This document shows positions 20,359 to 29,877 of a stretch of DNA of 64,000 nucleotides, in pieces. This stretch comes from a virus (taxonomy: Duplodnaviria > Caudoviricetes), in IMG/VR virus record IMGVR_UViG_3300031994_000057, positions 1 to 64,000 of that record; one strand, written 5' to 3'. Position numbers and translations under genes: made by a program. How positions within the stretch are numbered: the stretch's first letter is position 1; every line of letters starts with the position of its first letter. The notes under the pieces are model-generated. The model was not told the origin of the DNA. It ran no database searches and saw nothing but the letters and a program-made list of their open reading frames with translations.

Positions 20359-22131
20359 ATGCCTAGTATCAACGATTTAAAGAATGATGGCAATGCTAAA
20401 CAGCCTTTTATTCCTAGTATAAGCCAGGAAGCAGAAGGTACATCTACAAATTTAAATGATATCAAAAATGACGGCTCTGTTGGATTAGTACAGGGTGAAT
20501 CAGTTTATTCCAGTGAGATAGCTCCTGTAAAAAAGAAAGTTATGTCTATGACATCAGGTAAAGTACAGAGACAGAAGGCTGATTTAACTCAGTTACCTGA
20601 AGGTGAAACACCTGGTGTAGATTTGAAAGAATCTCTTGAAAAAGAGATATTAGGTCCTGGTGGAGTATTTGATGAATATCTTGCAGATATGACCACTAAG
20701 GCTAAAGAAGATATCGATATTATGGAAGCTGAACAAGAGCTTAATGAAGCTTCTAAGACAGCTGACGAATCTAAAGAAGAAAAACCTAAGACAGAAGCAG
20801 AGTTAGAATTAGAAGAACTTGAAAAAGAGTATGAAGATGCTCCTGTTACTAAGGAATATAAGACTATCGATGTATTCGCTAACGATACAACCAATGAGGT
20901 AAATGAAATGGAAAATGAAGAAGTAGTTCTTAATGAAGTAGAAGAAAAGGCTGTAGAAGTTACAGAATCTGTGGATGATGAACCTATTGCAGTTGAAGAG
21001 CCTGTAGATGAAATCGAAATTGAAAGAACTATAACAGTCAATGTAGAAACTCCTGATATTTCTGATAATGATGAAGATGAATTAGAAGTAGATGATTCAG
21101 ATTCTGATGCTATTGATGAAGCTGAAGCTAATCGTTATGTAGAAATTATCAGAGCAGAAGTATCTAAGAGAATTAAACCTGTATCTAAGAAAATGGATAT
21201 TTCTAGCTTTAAGATTGCTTCTAAGCCTAGTATGTCCAATAATATTATTACCCCTAAGGAAGTTCCTATTGCTAAATGGGCATTACCTGCTACAGGAATT
21301 ACCTTCCAGGTTAAAGAATTTACTGGTGCTAGTATAGAGAAGGTTAGAACTGCGATTACTAATAACCAGATGAATACAGTTCTTCAGATTATATATGATC
21401 ATATAGTATCACCTAAACCTGCTTCTATGGAAGCATGGGCTAAGTCTATCGCATTTGATGACTTTGATCATTTATTCTTCGGTGTATATATTGCATCATT
21501 TGCTGATAGCAACTTTATTCAGATGACATGTGATAATAAGGAATGTAAAGATAAGGTATTTGTAACTGACAATATTCCTATGATGGAGATGGTTAAGTTC
21601 AAAGATACTGATGTAGAGAAGAAGTTTAAGATATTATTATCATCAGATGCAACCAACTCTAATGGTTTAACAGCATCAGAAGTAGTTCCTATTTCTGAGA
21701 ACTTTGCAATTGGATTTGTTATGCCTTCTATCTACGCTGTACAGATAGAGAATAGTTATATAGATGCAGACTTCAGAACTAAATATGATACTGCATCTGC
21801 TATTACTCCTTATATCGATAATATTTATTATATTGATAAAGAGAAGCAGGAATTAGTTCCTGTAGGATATAAGGAATATCCTAATAACAAGGCTAAGTCT
21901 GTTAAATCAAGAATTATCAGATATGATAAAGTACTTCAGACTCTTAGTATGGATGAGATTAACCTTATCAGAGCATATATTGTTAAGATTATGGAAGAAT
22001 CTCAGGATATTACATACCAGATTCCTGCAGCAACTTGTCCTCACTGTGGAAAAGAGTTAGCAGCGACTAGTGCTACTGCAAGTCAGATTTTGTTCAGCAG
22101 AAATCAACTTTCTCTATTGGTGAATACGTAA
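20359..22131 (+). CDS. baseplate hub protein, T4 gp26-like C-terminal domain with long acidic N-terminus
   Basis: CxxxxC (TCDNKEC) and CPHC motifs; located between gp25-like and gp51-like genes. Confidence 0.5.
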   Translation: MPSINDLKNDGNAKQPFIPSISQEAEGTSTNLNDIKNDGSVGLVQGESVYSSEIAPVKKKVMSMTSGKVQRQKADLTQLPEGETPGVDLKESLEKEILGPGGVFDEYLADMTTKAKEDIDIMEAEQELNEASKTADESKEEKPKTEAELELEELEKEYEDAPVTKEYKTIDVFANDTTNEVNEMENEEVVLNEVEEKAVEVTESVDDEPIAVEEPVDEIEIERTITVNVETPDISDNDEDELEVDDSDSDAIDEAEANRYVEIIRAEVSKRIKPVSKKMDISSFKIASKPSMSNNIITPKEVPIAKWALPATGITFQVKEFTGASIEKVRTAITNNQMNTVLQIIYDHIVSPKPASMEAWAKSIAFDDFDHLFFGVYIASFADSNFIQMTCDNKECKDKVFVTDNIPMMEMVKFKDTDVEKKFKILLSSDATNSNGLTASEVVPISENFAIGFVMPSIYAVQIENSYIDADFRTKYDTASAITPYIDNIYYIDKEKQELVPVGYKEYPNNKAKSVKSRIIRYDKVLQTLSMDEINLIRAYIVKIMEESQDITYQIPAATCPHCGKELAATSATASQILFSRNQLSLLVNT

Positions 22132-22313
22132 TGTTTTTAAAGGCGATAGCTGATTTTGTTAAACGAACTACAATAGCAGAATTAGATAATATGCCATATC
22201 GTTATCTCAATGCACTCTATCACGAGTTATACTTGAAGAATGAATATGACAAAACACATCCTGAAGAAGCTAAAGCAGAGGCTATGGGTGAGGCATTATC
22301 TGAATTAGGATAA
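22131..22313 (+). CDS. small baseplate hub assembly chaperone, gp51-like
   Basis: IAELDNMPYRYLNALY; start overlaps the previous stop. Confidence 0.45.
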   Translation: MFLKAIADFVKRTTIAELDNMPYRYLNALYHELYLKNEYDKTHPEEAKAEAMGEALSELG

Positions 22314-22489
22314 CTTATTGTTGGATGATTGATGATTTTAATTAACACCAATATCATTATGATTCTTTATTCGTAAATTTAAAATAATAAAAATAAGTCT
22401 AGGGATATTATATCTCTAGACTTTATTCTTTGTCTATTTTTATTACATATTATACACAATTATAAAAAATATATGGAGGAACTTTTTAT

Positions 22490-22825
22490 ATGAATAAGTG
22501 TAAGAAATGTGGATATTCATTTGTAGCAGATAATGATATTGTATGTTGTAGCTTATGTGAAGTTAATAATAACAATATTTCTTATGAATACAAAATCGTA
22601 GATGAACCTATTTGTGATAATAAGTATTCGGAGAATAATGATTTGATAAAAGAGATTAATGATAGATTTGATCTAGGGGCATGTATAGAATGTGATAATT
22701 TTGTAAAGTATGCTTCTGTTGAATCTGGTACGGTTACTACATATTGTAAAATGACTGAACAAGTTATGATACCTAAAGCTGCTTATGGTACATGTCTAAA
22801 ATTTACTAGAAAAAATATGGAGTAG
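22490..22825 (+). CDS. Cys-rich small protein (putative Zn-binding)
   Basis: CKKC, CSLC, CIEC motifs. Confidence 0.7.
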   Translation: MNKCKKCGYSFVADNDIVCCSLCEVNNNNISYEYKIVDEPICDNKYSENNDLIKEINDRFDLGACIECDNFVKYASVESGTVTTYCKMTEQVMIPKAAYGTCLKFTRKNME

Positions 22826-22979
22826 GATATAATTATCCTACTCCTATTATTTTTTATTTAAATATAATCCTATATATCTGGTAATATTTTACTAATTTCA
22901 CATTTTATTAATTATTAATAATTAGGCATAAAAATCTCCATTTACAATAGAATATAAATAATTATAGGAGGTAATCCTC

Positions 22980-23288
22980 ATGGATAGAGTGCAGTTCATG
23001 AGATGTATAGAAGAATCTAATGTAACTCATGCAGATATACTATCAAAGTTTTTTGATCAGTATATGATTCTCTATAATCTCATTGAAAAGATAGATAGGA
23101 TAATATTCTTAAGCTCTGATAATAATAATGTGGTCTTCCAGTTATGCTGTTCAGATGAGAATGTATTACCACCAATCATTGATAGAATACAATCCCAATC
23201 AATGGTTATGATATATAATAAAACATTCACTGTTCAATATAGTAATATTACAGCGAATACAATAGATATAAGTATAACTTTAATGTAG
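22980..23288 (+). CDS. hypothetical protein
   Basis: GGAGGT RBS; CACA-N6-TA at 22899-22910. Confidence 0.75.
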   Translation: MDRVQFMRCIEESNVTHADILSKFFDQYMILYNLIEKIDRIIFLSSDNNNVVFQLCCSDENVLPPIIDRIQSQSMVMIYNKTFTVQYSNITANTIDISITLM

Positions 23289-23416
23289 ATAATAAGAGAG
23301 TAGGAGTATTATACTCCTACTCTTTTATTTCTTTTTTGACAAATAAAACGATTTTTAGATAAACTTCTATCTTTTTCACATCTTTATAATTATCCTATAG
23401 AAAGGAGAAGTGAATT

Positions 23417-24640
23417 TTGGGAAAAGTATTAACGACTAAGTATTTCGATACTAATAATAGTATCGTTAATTCTAGTGCTACATTTTTAAATAATAGCTTT
23501 TATAGTTACAATGATAAAAAGGGCCTTTCGGTGTCGTACTTTAATATCGCAGATTATTCTTCGAGCCTGGACCCTGCTTCTAAATTAGCATATACGGATT
23601 TAGGTAAAGACTCTCCTATAAGATTTAATCTTATTAAAGGAATGTATCTCTATCAGTTTAATAAAGCTGAATTAAACTTTGATAATGGTGAATATGGTCT
23701 AGAATCCAGTGCTATTACAGGAGATTCATATATACTTCCGAATACTATTGTACCTAGAGATGGAGATTTCTTTGAAGTAGATCATATTAAAGATTCTACT
23801 TGGTTATTTAAAGTAGTTGATGTACAGAGAGATACTCTTGAAGATGGTTCTAATATGTATAAGATATCTTGGATATTGGATAGAACTACTAATAGAGAAA
23901 TTTTAGGTAATGTAGTAAAAATATTTAGATATATTGATACTATAGAAGGAACTAATGCTAAAGCTGTAGTAGAAGAAGAGAAGTATGATATTGCTAAACA
24001 GTTAGATGATTTAACAGTATCATTTATCCAATACTTCAAAGATTTATTCTATAGCAAAGCAGTACAGACATTTATCTATAAATGGTACAATGAGTATAAT
24101 ATGTATGATCCTTTTGCTATAGAGTTTATCATAAGAAATAAATTACTTAATGTACAGGATGGATATACTTATGTAGATCATAAGATGAATCCACCTAGAA
24201 CATTTTCTATTGATTATGATAAGACTATTTATAGAGCATTTGAGGATAGAGATATAAAGAAATTATGTTGTACTCAGAAACAATCTCAGGCAGACTTTAT
24301 AGATGATATCACATCTGTATTTAGTACTAGATTTGAGATGTATTGGTCTTTGAATTATAAAGTTATAGCAGAGGAAAATGGTCCTCTTAATCCTAGAGGA
24401 ATTATCCAGATAATGGATGAAGACTTTGAAGAGAGAATATTAAAGAATGATAAATATGATTGTAAATGTCCTTATGCTTATAGAAATATAATTATTAAAT
24501 ATTTCAATAATGAGGGTATTACATCAAAAGATGTAGAGAATATAGATAAGATAGACCTTAATTCTGTTAAGGATATCTTCTACGATTGTCTATATCTAAT
24601 ATTCTGTTTAGACTATTACACAAAATATCTGTTAAGTTAA
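23417..24640 (+). CDS. probable virion structural protein (neck/connector-like)
   Basis: 407 aa; late-type promoter at 23377-23388; PNTIVPRDGDFF beta-barrel-like segment. Confidence 0.4.
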   Translation: MGKVLTTKYFDTNNSIVNSSATFLNNSFYSYNDKKGLSVSYFNIADYSSSLDPASKLAYTDLGKDSPIRFNLIKGMYLYQFNKAELNFDNGEYGLESSAITGDSYILPNTIVPRDGDFFEVDHIKDSTWLFKVVDVQRDTLEDGSNMYKISWILDRTTNREILGNVVKIFRYIDTIEGTNAKAVVEEEKYDIAKQLDDLTVSFIQYFKDLFYSKAVQTFIYKWYNEYNMYDPFAIEFIIRNKLLNVQDGYTYVDHKMNPPRTFSIDYDKTIYRAFEDRDIKKLCCTQKQSQADFIDDITSVFSTRFEMYWSLNYKVIAEENGPLNPRGIIQIMDEDFEERILKNDKYDCKCPYAYRNIIIKYFNNEGITSKDVENIDKIDLNSVKDIFYDCLYLIFCLDYYTKYLLS

Positions 24641-24725
24641 CATATTCATAATATTAGGAAATAACGTATTTCTTAATACATAAAGACGTAAAAATCTTGA
24701 AAATAACTTTTAGGAGGAAATATAC

Positions 24726-25784
24726 ATGGATATCAATTTCCAGTCAATTTTTGACACAGCAGTTGAAGAAGAAAAGGCTTTTGATACTATCTTCGGTGGA
24801 GAAGAAGACGATGAAATAATGTCTGTTGTTCTTGGCGAAGATGTTGAAGATATTGTTTTCGGTGAAGAAGCTGAAGATATGAATACTATAGATGATAAGG
24901 AATCTGTAAAAGATTTAGAGAAAGATGTAGTTGGTAAAGAAATCGAAGCTCCTAAGTGTGAGCCTAGCGAGAATGTTACACAGCCTGAAGATATTGACAG
25001 TGAGAAGGATACTCCTGGTGAGCAGATTGCTTGTCCTGTAGCAGGTGTAGCTGATGCGGTTGAGAAGAAAGAGCCTGATGAGGAGAATCTTGAAGAAGAA
25101 ATCGATAAGGCTGAGAATAAAGTAGACATTGAGGAAGCTTTCCTTGCATCTATCCTTGGTGAAGACACAGAAGTTGAAATCGATTATGATACAGCTCCTG
25201 CAACTGATAATGGCGAAGCATCTGATGAAGGTGAACCTGCACCTGAGGATGAAGGATGTCATAAAGAAGGTGAAGGCTGCGAAGATGGTGAGTGTGAGAA
25301 GAAGGAAGAACCTGAAGATATCGCTCCCGATGCATCTGCAGAAGAGCCTGAAGCTCCTGTTGTTTATGATGGCGAGACAACGCCTGATGAGAATCTCGAT
25401 GACACTTTCTCTGATGAAGATGATGACGACGATGATGAAGATGTCGTAGATGATAGCTGTAAGAAAGAAGGAGTTGAAGAAATCGAAGATAATCAGACTC
25501 CTGAACTCGATGACAATGCTAACGTTAATACAGATAGTAGCTTAGATGGTGAGCCTGGTCTTGAAGGTGAATCAGAGTTACCTGGTGATGTTGGTCTTGA
25601 ATCAGCTAATCTTGATGATGTATTTGCTGAAGAGGCTGTTGATGGTGAAGAGAAATCTGAAAAGGTTGAAGATGAACTCATCAAAGCTGCTGAAGATGAA
25701 TCTGAACTTACTGATGCTGAAGTAGAGTCATTAGTTGGTGAAGAAGAAGATGATGAATTACTTGATGCTGTTCTTGGTCAGTAA
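24726..25784 (+). CDS. extremely acidic protein (scaffold or internal head candidate)
   Basis: 352 aa dominated by Asp/Glu; AACA-N6-TA at 24639-24650. Confidence 0.75.
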   Translation: MDINFQSIFDTAVEEEKAFDTIFGGEEDDEIMSVVLGEDVEDIVFGEEAEDMNTIDDKESVKDLEKDVVGKEIEAPKCEPSENVTQPEDIDSEKDTPGEQIACPVAGVADAVEKKEPDEENLEEEIDKAENKVDIEEAFLASILGEDTEVEIDYDTAPATDNGEASDEGEPAPEDEGCHKEGEGCEDGECEKKEEPEDIAPDASAEEPEAPVVYDGETTPDENLDDTFSDEDDDDDDEDVVDDSCKKEGVEEIEDNQTPELDDNANVNTDSSLDGEPGLEGESELPGDVGLESANLDDVFAEEAVDGEEKSEKVEDELIKAAEDESELTDAEVESLVGEEEDDELLDAVLGQ

Positions 25785-25820
25785 TATTCATATAAAAAAT
25801 ATAGAAAGGTGATAAATATC

Positions 25821-26552
25821 ATGGATGAAAGATTTCTTTATGAAGTTAGACCTCTTAGGATAATCTGTATCCCTGGACAAGAGAGATCAAAGAAACCATT
25901 CGTTGCTTTACTTACAAAACAAGAAGTAAAGACATATATGACTTATGGTCCTGTATATCGTAAGTATGCAGATCCTAATAAAGAAATGGTTAGAGTTACA
26001 GGTGAGAATCTTGATAGATTACATCATACTATGCCTGAGAATGGCAAGCCTAACAAGCCTGTATCTGATATTATTCCTATTAAAGCCGTAGAGAAGAACG
26101 AACCTGTTGTAGAAACTCCTGCTCCCGTAGTAGAAGAGAAGAAGGTTGAAGAGCCTAAGGTTATAGAGGAAGAAGAATTAAAAAAATCGAACGTGGAAGA
26201 GTCTACGACACCCCAGAATGAAGTAGAAGCTTCCACTGAAGATATAGTTACTGAAGAAGAAGTTGTTGAAGTTGTTGAAGAACCCGTTGCTCAGGAAGAG
26301 ACAAATGATGGTGCTGACGACGAGGTTATTGTAGAAGACGAAGCAGTTGCTGATGAAAACATCGATGTCGATGAGACCGACGACGAACAAGTCAATACAG
26401 AAGAGACAACTGAAGAAGTTGAATCTGAAGAAGAAACAGTAGAAGATACTGTAGAAGAAGCTGAAGAAGCTACAACTGAAGAGTCCACACAGAAGAATAC
26501 TCACAACAACAATAACGTACAATTCAACAGTAACAAGAAAAAGAAACATTAA
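25821..26552 (+). CDS. protein with small N-terminal domain, Glu-rich linker and basic tail
   Basis: AAAGGTG RBS before ATG 25821; terminator at ~26603-26630. Confidence 0.75.
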   Translation: MDERFLYEVRPLRIICIPGQERSKKPFVALLTKQEVKTYMTYGPVYRKYADPNKEMVRVTGENLDRLHHTMPENGKPNKPVSDIIPIKAVEKNEPVVETPAPVVEEKKVEEPKVIEEEELKKSNVEESTTPQNEVEASTEDIVTEEEVVEVVEEPVAQEETNDGADDEVIVEDEAVADENIDVDETDDEQVNTEETTEEVESEEETVEDTVEEAEEATTEESTQKNTHNNNNVQFNSNKKKKH

Positions 26553-26669
26553 TCAAAAACATGATTAATTGTTCCACCCTTTACATAAGCTACTTAAAGA
26601 ATGCCCCAGAGACTAGTGCAGTCTCTGGGGTGTTTTTTTTGTAAATTAAAATACATATAACTTTTAAGT

Positions 26670-26845
26670 AAAGAGTGGTGGTGAAGCCAAACCTCGTTCA
26701 ATTTATTGAACAATATGCTCGCACCCTTAGAGCACTTAAGCAAATTGCAACAATTTGTCCCCAAAGACAAGAGAACTAACCCCCTTTTGTTTATAAGAGT
26801 TACATTATAAAACTAACGTCAAAATGCCCTTCGCTTACCACTCTT
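26670..26845 (+). ncRNA. candidate ~175-nt structured RNA with paired ends
   Basis: AACT-N6-TA at 26659-26670; AAGAGTGGT (26671-79) pairs with ACCACTCTT (26837-45); internal hairpins; followed by a T-run. Confidence 0.45.
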
Positions 26846-26934
26846 GCCTTTTTCTTTTTAGTTCTGCCATACTATTAGAAAAAATAAAAGAGGTAGGGAA
26901 CTAATCCCTACCTCTTTTGCTCTGTTATTCAATT

Positions 26935-26976
26935 TTATTTTGTGCTACCTACAGTAGACCAATCTGACCAATCCAT
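26935..26976 (-). CDS. 13-aa micropeptide MDWSDWSTVGSTK
   Basis: CAGGAGGT RBS; last ORF before the terminator at ~26890-26914. Confidence 0.4.
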   Translation of the reverse strand: MDWSDWSTVGSTK

Positions 26977-26977
26977 A

Positions 26978-27136
26978 TTAAACCTCCTGAGGTTCTTTCT
27001 TCTTTATTTGGTAAATATTCTTATTCACCTTGAGAGCAACCTCATCAATGTTCTTATCAAATACATCCTTTGCTATATCTAATACTACAAACGATGCTGT
27101 AGTTATAGCAAACTGGATTAAGTATTTCTTCCACAT
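26978..27136 (-). CDS. 52-aa protein with N-terminal hydrophobic helix
   Basis: Hand-translated MWKKYLIQFAITTASFVVLDIAK...; CAGGAGGT RBS. Confidence 0.7.
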   Translation of the reverse strand: MWKKYLIQFAITTASFVVLDIAKDVFDKNIDEVALKVNKNIYQIKKKEPQEV

Positions 27137-27139
27137 AGA

Positions 27140-27319
27140 TTATACCTCCTGGAAACTATCGGGGGCAATCTCCTCTACATTAGCCTGGTCACGCTTTGAT
27201 TTTACTTTAACTTTGATAGCTCTGGCACCTTTCTCAATGCCCTTGGAAATATACTGCGCAGATATATCTGCTGCGATTACCACTGCAACTCCGATTAAAA
27301 CCTTAACTACTTTGTTCAT
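27140..27319 (-). CDS. 59-aa protein with N-terminal hydrophobic helix
   Basis: Hand-translated MNKVVKVLIGVAVVIAADISAQY...; AGGAGG RBS. Confidence 0.7.
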   Translation of the reverse strand: MNKVVKVLIGVAVVIAADISAQYISKGIEKGARAIKVKVKSKRDQANVEEIAPDSFQEV

Positions 27320-27322
27320 AAA

Positions 27323-27571
27323 TTAATCCTCCTTTGATTTAATAACTTCACATTCTTCAATATACTTTACATTAGTTAAAGGTACAATAATTCTCTTATG
27401 TATATCACCTTTATTTTGGTGATATAATATGAAATTATCATTTAATTCTACTCCATCAGAATCATGAATATGTAAAGCTTCTTGGATGCGTAATGATGTA
27501 CCATCAATAAACTTGATATCTACATTATTGGTATTATAAGTAAATGTCTTAAATGACTCTGCCATTATCAA
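27323..27571 (-). CDS. hypothetical protein
   Basis: 82 aa with GAGGAGG RBS. Confidence 0.7.
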   Translation of the reverse strand: MIMAESFKTFTYNTNNVDIKFIDGTSLRIQEALHIHDSDGVELNDNFILYHQNKGDIHKRIIVPLTNVKYIEECEVIKSKED

Positions 27572-27699
27572 TCCTCCTCACATTCATCTTCATCCTCAGG
27601 ACTTCCTGAGCATTCATACTTATTGGGACAAATGCTACAATCACATTCATCTGTGTATCTGCCTGTAGCATAGCAGATATCCATAGCTGTCATATCCAT
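27568..27699 (-). CDS. 43-aa Cys-rich acidic protein
   Basis: MDMTAMDICYATGRYTDECDCSICPNKYECSGSPEDEDECEED; AAGGAGGT RBS. Confidence 0.7.
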   Translation of the reverse strand: MDMTAMDICYATGRYTDECDCSICPNKYECSGSPEDEDECEED

Positions 27700-27713
27700 A
27701 TTAAATAACCTCC

Positions 27714-27998
27714 TTAATGTAACATAAACATAGCGGTTTGTAATTCCTCAATAAACTCTACAGCTTCAGAATCATTAGATACTTTCTTCTTTAAGTTCTT
27801 AAGCATCTTTTCATCTTTTTTCATTTCGACGACTTCATTAAACGCGAATCTTAGATTAGATAAATAAATTCTTTGAGTGTTTGTTGTCTCAAAATCATCT
27901 TCTAAGAATCTTTCTAAGTCAATATGAGCATCTTTACAAACCAGTGTAAGAAACATCTTTAAGTCTTTACTCATTGGTGGCGTTTTTGATTTTCCCAT
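27714..27998 (-). CDS. hypothetical protein, first gene of an early operon
   Basis: AAAGGAG RBS after the early-type promoter. Confidence 0.75.
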   Translation of the reverse strand: MGKSKTPPMSKDLKMFLTLVCKDAHIDLERFLEDDFETTNTQRIYLSNLRFAFNEVVEMKKDEKMLKNLKKKVSNDSEAVEFIEELQTAMFMLH

Positions 27999-28042
27999 AT
28001 TATTAATCTCCTTTCATAATGGAATATTGTTTGTTTATACAC

Positions 28043-28075
28043 CTATATTATATATAATTGAAATTTTGAACTTTT
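28043..28075 (-). promoter_or_regulatory. early-type promoter
   Basis: AAAAGTTCAAAATTTCAATTATATATAATATAG. Confidence 0.7.
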
Positions 28076-28086
28076 ATTAATATTAC

Positions 28087-28098
28087 AACTATATAATA
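28087..28098 (+). promoter_or_regulatory. antisense late-type promoter of cassette C
   Basis: AACT ATATAA TA overlapping the start of the inverted leader copy 28098-28111. Confidence 0.6.
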
Positions 28099-28163
28099 GA
28101 AGCATAGAAGATAGAAATTAGATTAATACCTTCAAAACTTATTATTCAATAGAATAAAAGTCA

Positions 28164-28337
28164 TTAAAAGATATTACTATCAGGCACGATAGTCTCGTTA
28201 ATCTTTTCTTTAAGATATAACGATAAATAAGATGTGATGATATAAATGGTTTGGCATTTAATATCATTGTCTTTCATATATCTATGGTAATATATCACTG
28301 ATATATTATGAAGAATATAATATAGACAATCTATCAT
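28164..28337 (-). CDS. cassette C small protein, 57 aa (MIDCLYYILHNISVIYYHRYMKDNDIKCQTIYIITSYLSLYLKEKINETIVPDSNIF)
   Basis: Hand-translated; AAAGGAG RBS; paralog of D. Confidence 0.75.
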   Translation of the reverse strand: MIDCLYYILHNISVIYYHRYMKDNDIKCQTIYIITSYLSLYLKEKINETIVPDSNIF

Positions 28338-28376
28338 TATTTAATCTCCTTTCTTAATATTTCTTCTATGCTTCTT

Positions 28377-28411
28377 ATCTATATTATATATTATTGAAAT
28401 TATATACTTTT
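28377..28411 (-). promoter_or_regulatory. early-type promoter of cassette C
   Basis: AAAAGT-N7-TTCAATAATATATAATATAG. Confidence 0.65.
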
Positions 28412-28426
28412 ACCATTATACAATAC

Positions 28427-28438
28427 AACTATATAATA
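28427..28438 (+). promoter_or_regulatory. antisense late-type promoter of cassette D
   Basis: AACT ATATAA TA before the inverted leader copy 28438-28451. Confidence 0.6.
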
Positions 28439-28516
28439 GAAGCATAAGAGATTAAAGAGTAGAGAATAACCAATAAACTTCGCTTGCTAATTATATATCT
28501 ACACTGTAACCATTAA

Positions 28517-28666
28517 TTACAGTCCATTAATCTTTTCTTTAAGATATAATGACAGATAATATAATACAATATAAATTACATAGAATTTAATATTGTTTTT
28601 CTTCTTATATTCATTTAAATATATCAGAGATATATTATTGCTGAGAATATAAAGATAATCAGTCAT
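28517..28666 (-). CDS. cassette D small protein, 49 aa (MTDYLYILSNNISLIYLNEYKKKNNIKFYVIYIVLYYLSLYLKEKINGL)
   Basis: Hand-translated; AAAGGAG RBS; shares YLSLYLKEKIN with C. Confidence 0.75.
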   Translation of the reverse strand: MTDYLYILSNNISLIYLNEYKKKNNIKFYVIYIVLYYLSLYLKEKINGL

Positions 28667-28705
28667 TGAAATAACTCCTTTCATTTTATTTCTCTTATGC
28701 TTCTT

Positions 28706-28740
28706 ATCTATATTATATATTATTGAAATTCCTTACTTTT
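28706..28740 (-). promoter_or_regulatory. early-type promoter of cassette D
   Basis: Same motif as cassette C. Confidence 0.65.
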
Positions 28741-28781
28741 ATATTTTGACATATTAATAAAAATATATAGAAAGTGAGGGA

Positions 28782-29045
28782 ATGATTATGAAAGATGCTT
28801 TTCTATTTTTATTCAAATATTTTTGGTTATTCTCCTCATGTGTTCTAATACTCATAGGAGATATATTATTTATTTTAAGAAGTCTTCAAGATTTCCATGA
28901 TACCATGAAGATATATAAACAGAATAAGGATAAGGAATACTTAAAACAACATCTAGTTGCACCAAAGATTTGTATTGGATGTAATATATTTTTGGCATTA
29001 GGTATAAGTAGTTTCTTATACTATGCTAGCATACATATGATCTGA
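28782..29045 (+). CDS. small membrane protein (2 TM)
   Basis: Two hydrophobic segments; GAGGG RBS; ends at the hairpin 29055-29081. Confidence 0.7.
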   Translation: MIMKDAFLFLFKYFWLFSSCVLILIGDILFILRSLQDFHDTMKIYKQNKDKEYLKQHLVAPKICIGCNIFLALGISSFLYYASIHMI

Positions 29046-29088
29046 TAAAATAATGGACTAGGGATATTATATCCCTAGTCCTTATCTT

Positions 29089-29877
29089 TTATAAATCCAT
29101 AAAGTCATTAAATAGATTACCATGTAATTCTTGCATTCTCTGCATCTCTATATCATCTTCATCTCCAAATATTTCATTAGGAAGTAATATCATAGTCCTC
29201 ATACCATTCTCATTATCTGGTTCATGATATGCATTATGAATAGCTTTTCTAAATGTAGGATCAGTACCCATCATATATCTGACTTGATCGTCTTCTCTAT
29301 CTCTGATTTCTTTCTCATAATCTTGATAGAGAATACCAGTTTTATTCCTATCATTTAGATACTGCATTTGAGATTGTATATCGTCATCATCTATATATTC
29401 ATATACATCTACATTGACAGTTTCACCTTTGGAATCTCTTTCAATATCACCATCTACTATCTCTTCATCTTCATCTGTTTTGATAGTATTCTTCATGATA
29501 TTCCAGTTTTCCATGACGTTCTTACCGTCATACCAGACATACATAGCCATGAGATATGAAAATACTTGGTCATCATGAGTATTATCAGAGTGCTCTACTT
29601 TACCGTTACGCTTCACTTGCATGCCGAGCATCTCTTCATAAAGAATAGGAGCAATAAATTTATCCTTATGATAATTTACTCTATCATATAATAACTCTAT
29701 TAATCTAGCACGAACTTCTTTATTAGAATTCAATCCATATACTTTAACAAGAGCATTACGTTTACCAACCATATGACCAGTGATTACTTCTTCTATAACC
29801 TTTTCTTTAATTTCAAAGTATAGATTCTTCTTTACATTAGTCTTAACAAGTCTTTGGACAACACTTCTTCCAAAACC
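29089..29877 (-). CDS. terL: terminase large subunit, exon 2
   Basis: GFGRSVV...EHSDNTHDDQVFSYLMA (nuclease DD motif); continues the exon 1 nuclease domain. Confidence 0.8.
   Translation of the reverse strand, partial: GFGRSVVQRLVKTNVKKNLYFEIKEKVIEEVITGHMVGKRNALVKVYGLNSNKEVRARLIELLYDRVNYHKDKFIAPILYEEMLGMQVKRNGKVEHSDNTHDDQVFSYLMAMYVWYDGKNVMENWNIMKNTIKTDEDEEIVDGDIERDSKGETVNVDVYEYIDDDDIQSQMQYLNDRNKTGILYQDYEKEIRDREDDQVRYMMGTDPTFRKAIHNAYHEPDNENGMRTMILLPNEIFGDEDDIEMQRMQELHGNLFNDFMDL

Noticed and set aside
20589-26549. Antisense shadow ORFs (20589-21041, 24710-25168, 24915-25262, 25150-25380, 25493-25684, 26024-26549) and other nested track ORFs
   Set aside because: They are by-products of Glu/Asp-rich coding on the opposite strand or alternative frames, without RBSs.
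26670-26845. tRNA, tmRNA or SRP RNA call
   Set aside because: No T-loop/CCA acceptor end or SRP tetraloop motif; kept only as an unassigned ncRNA candidate.
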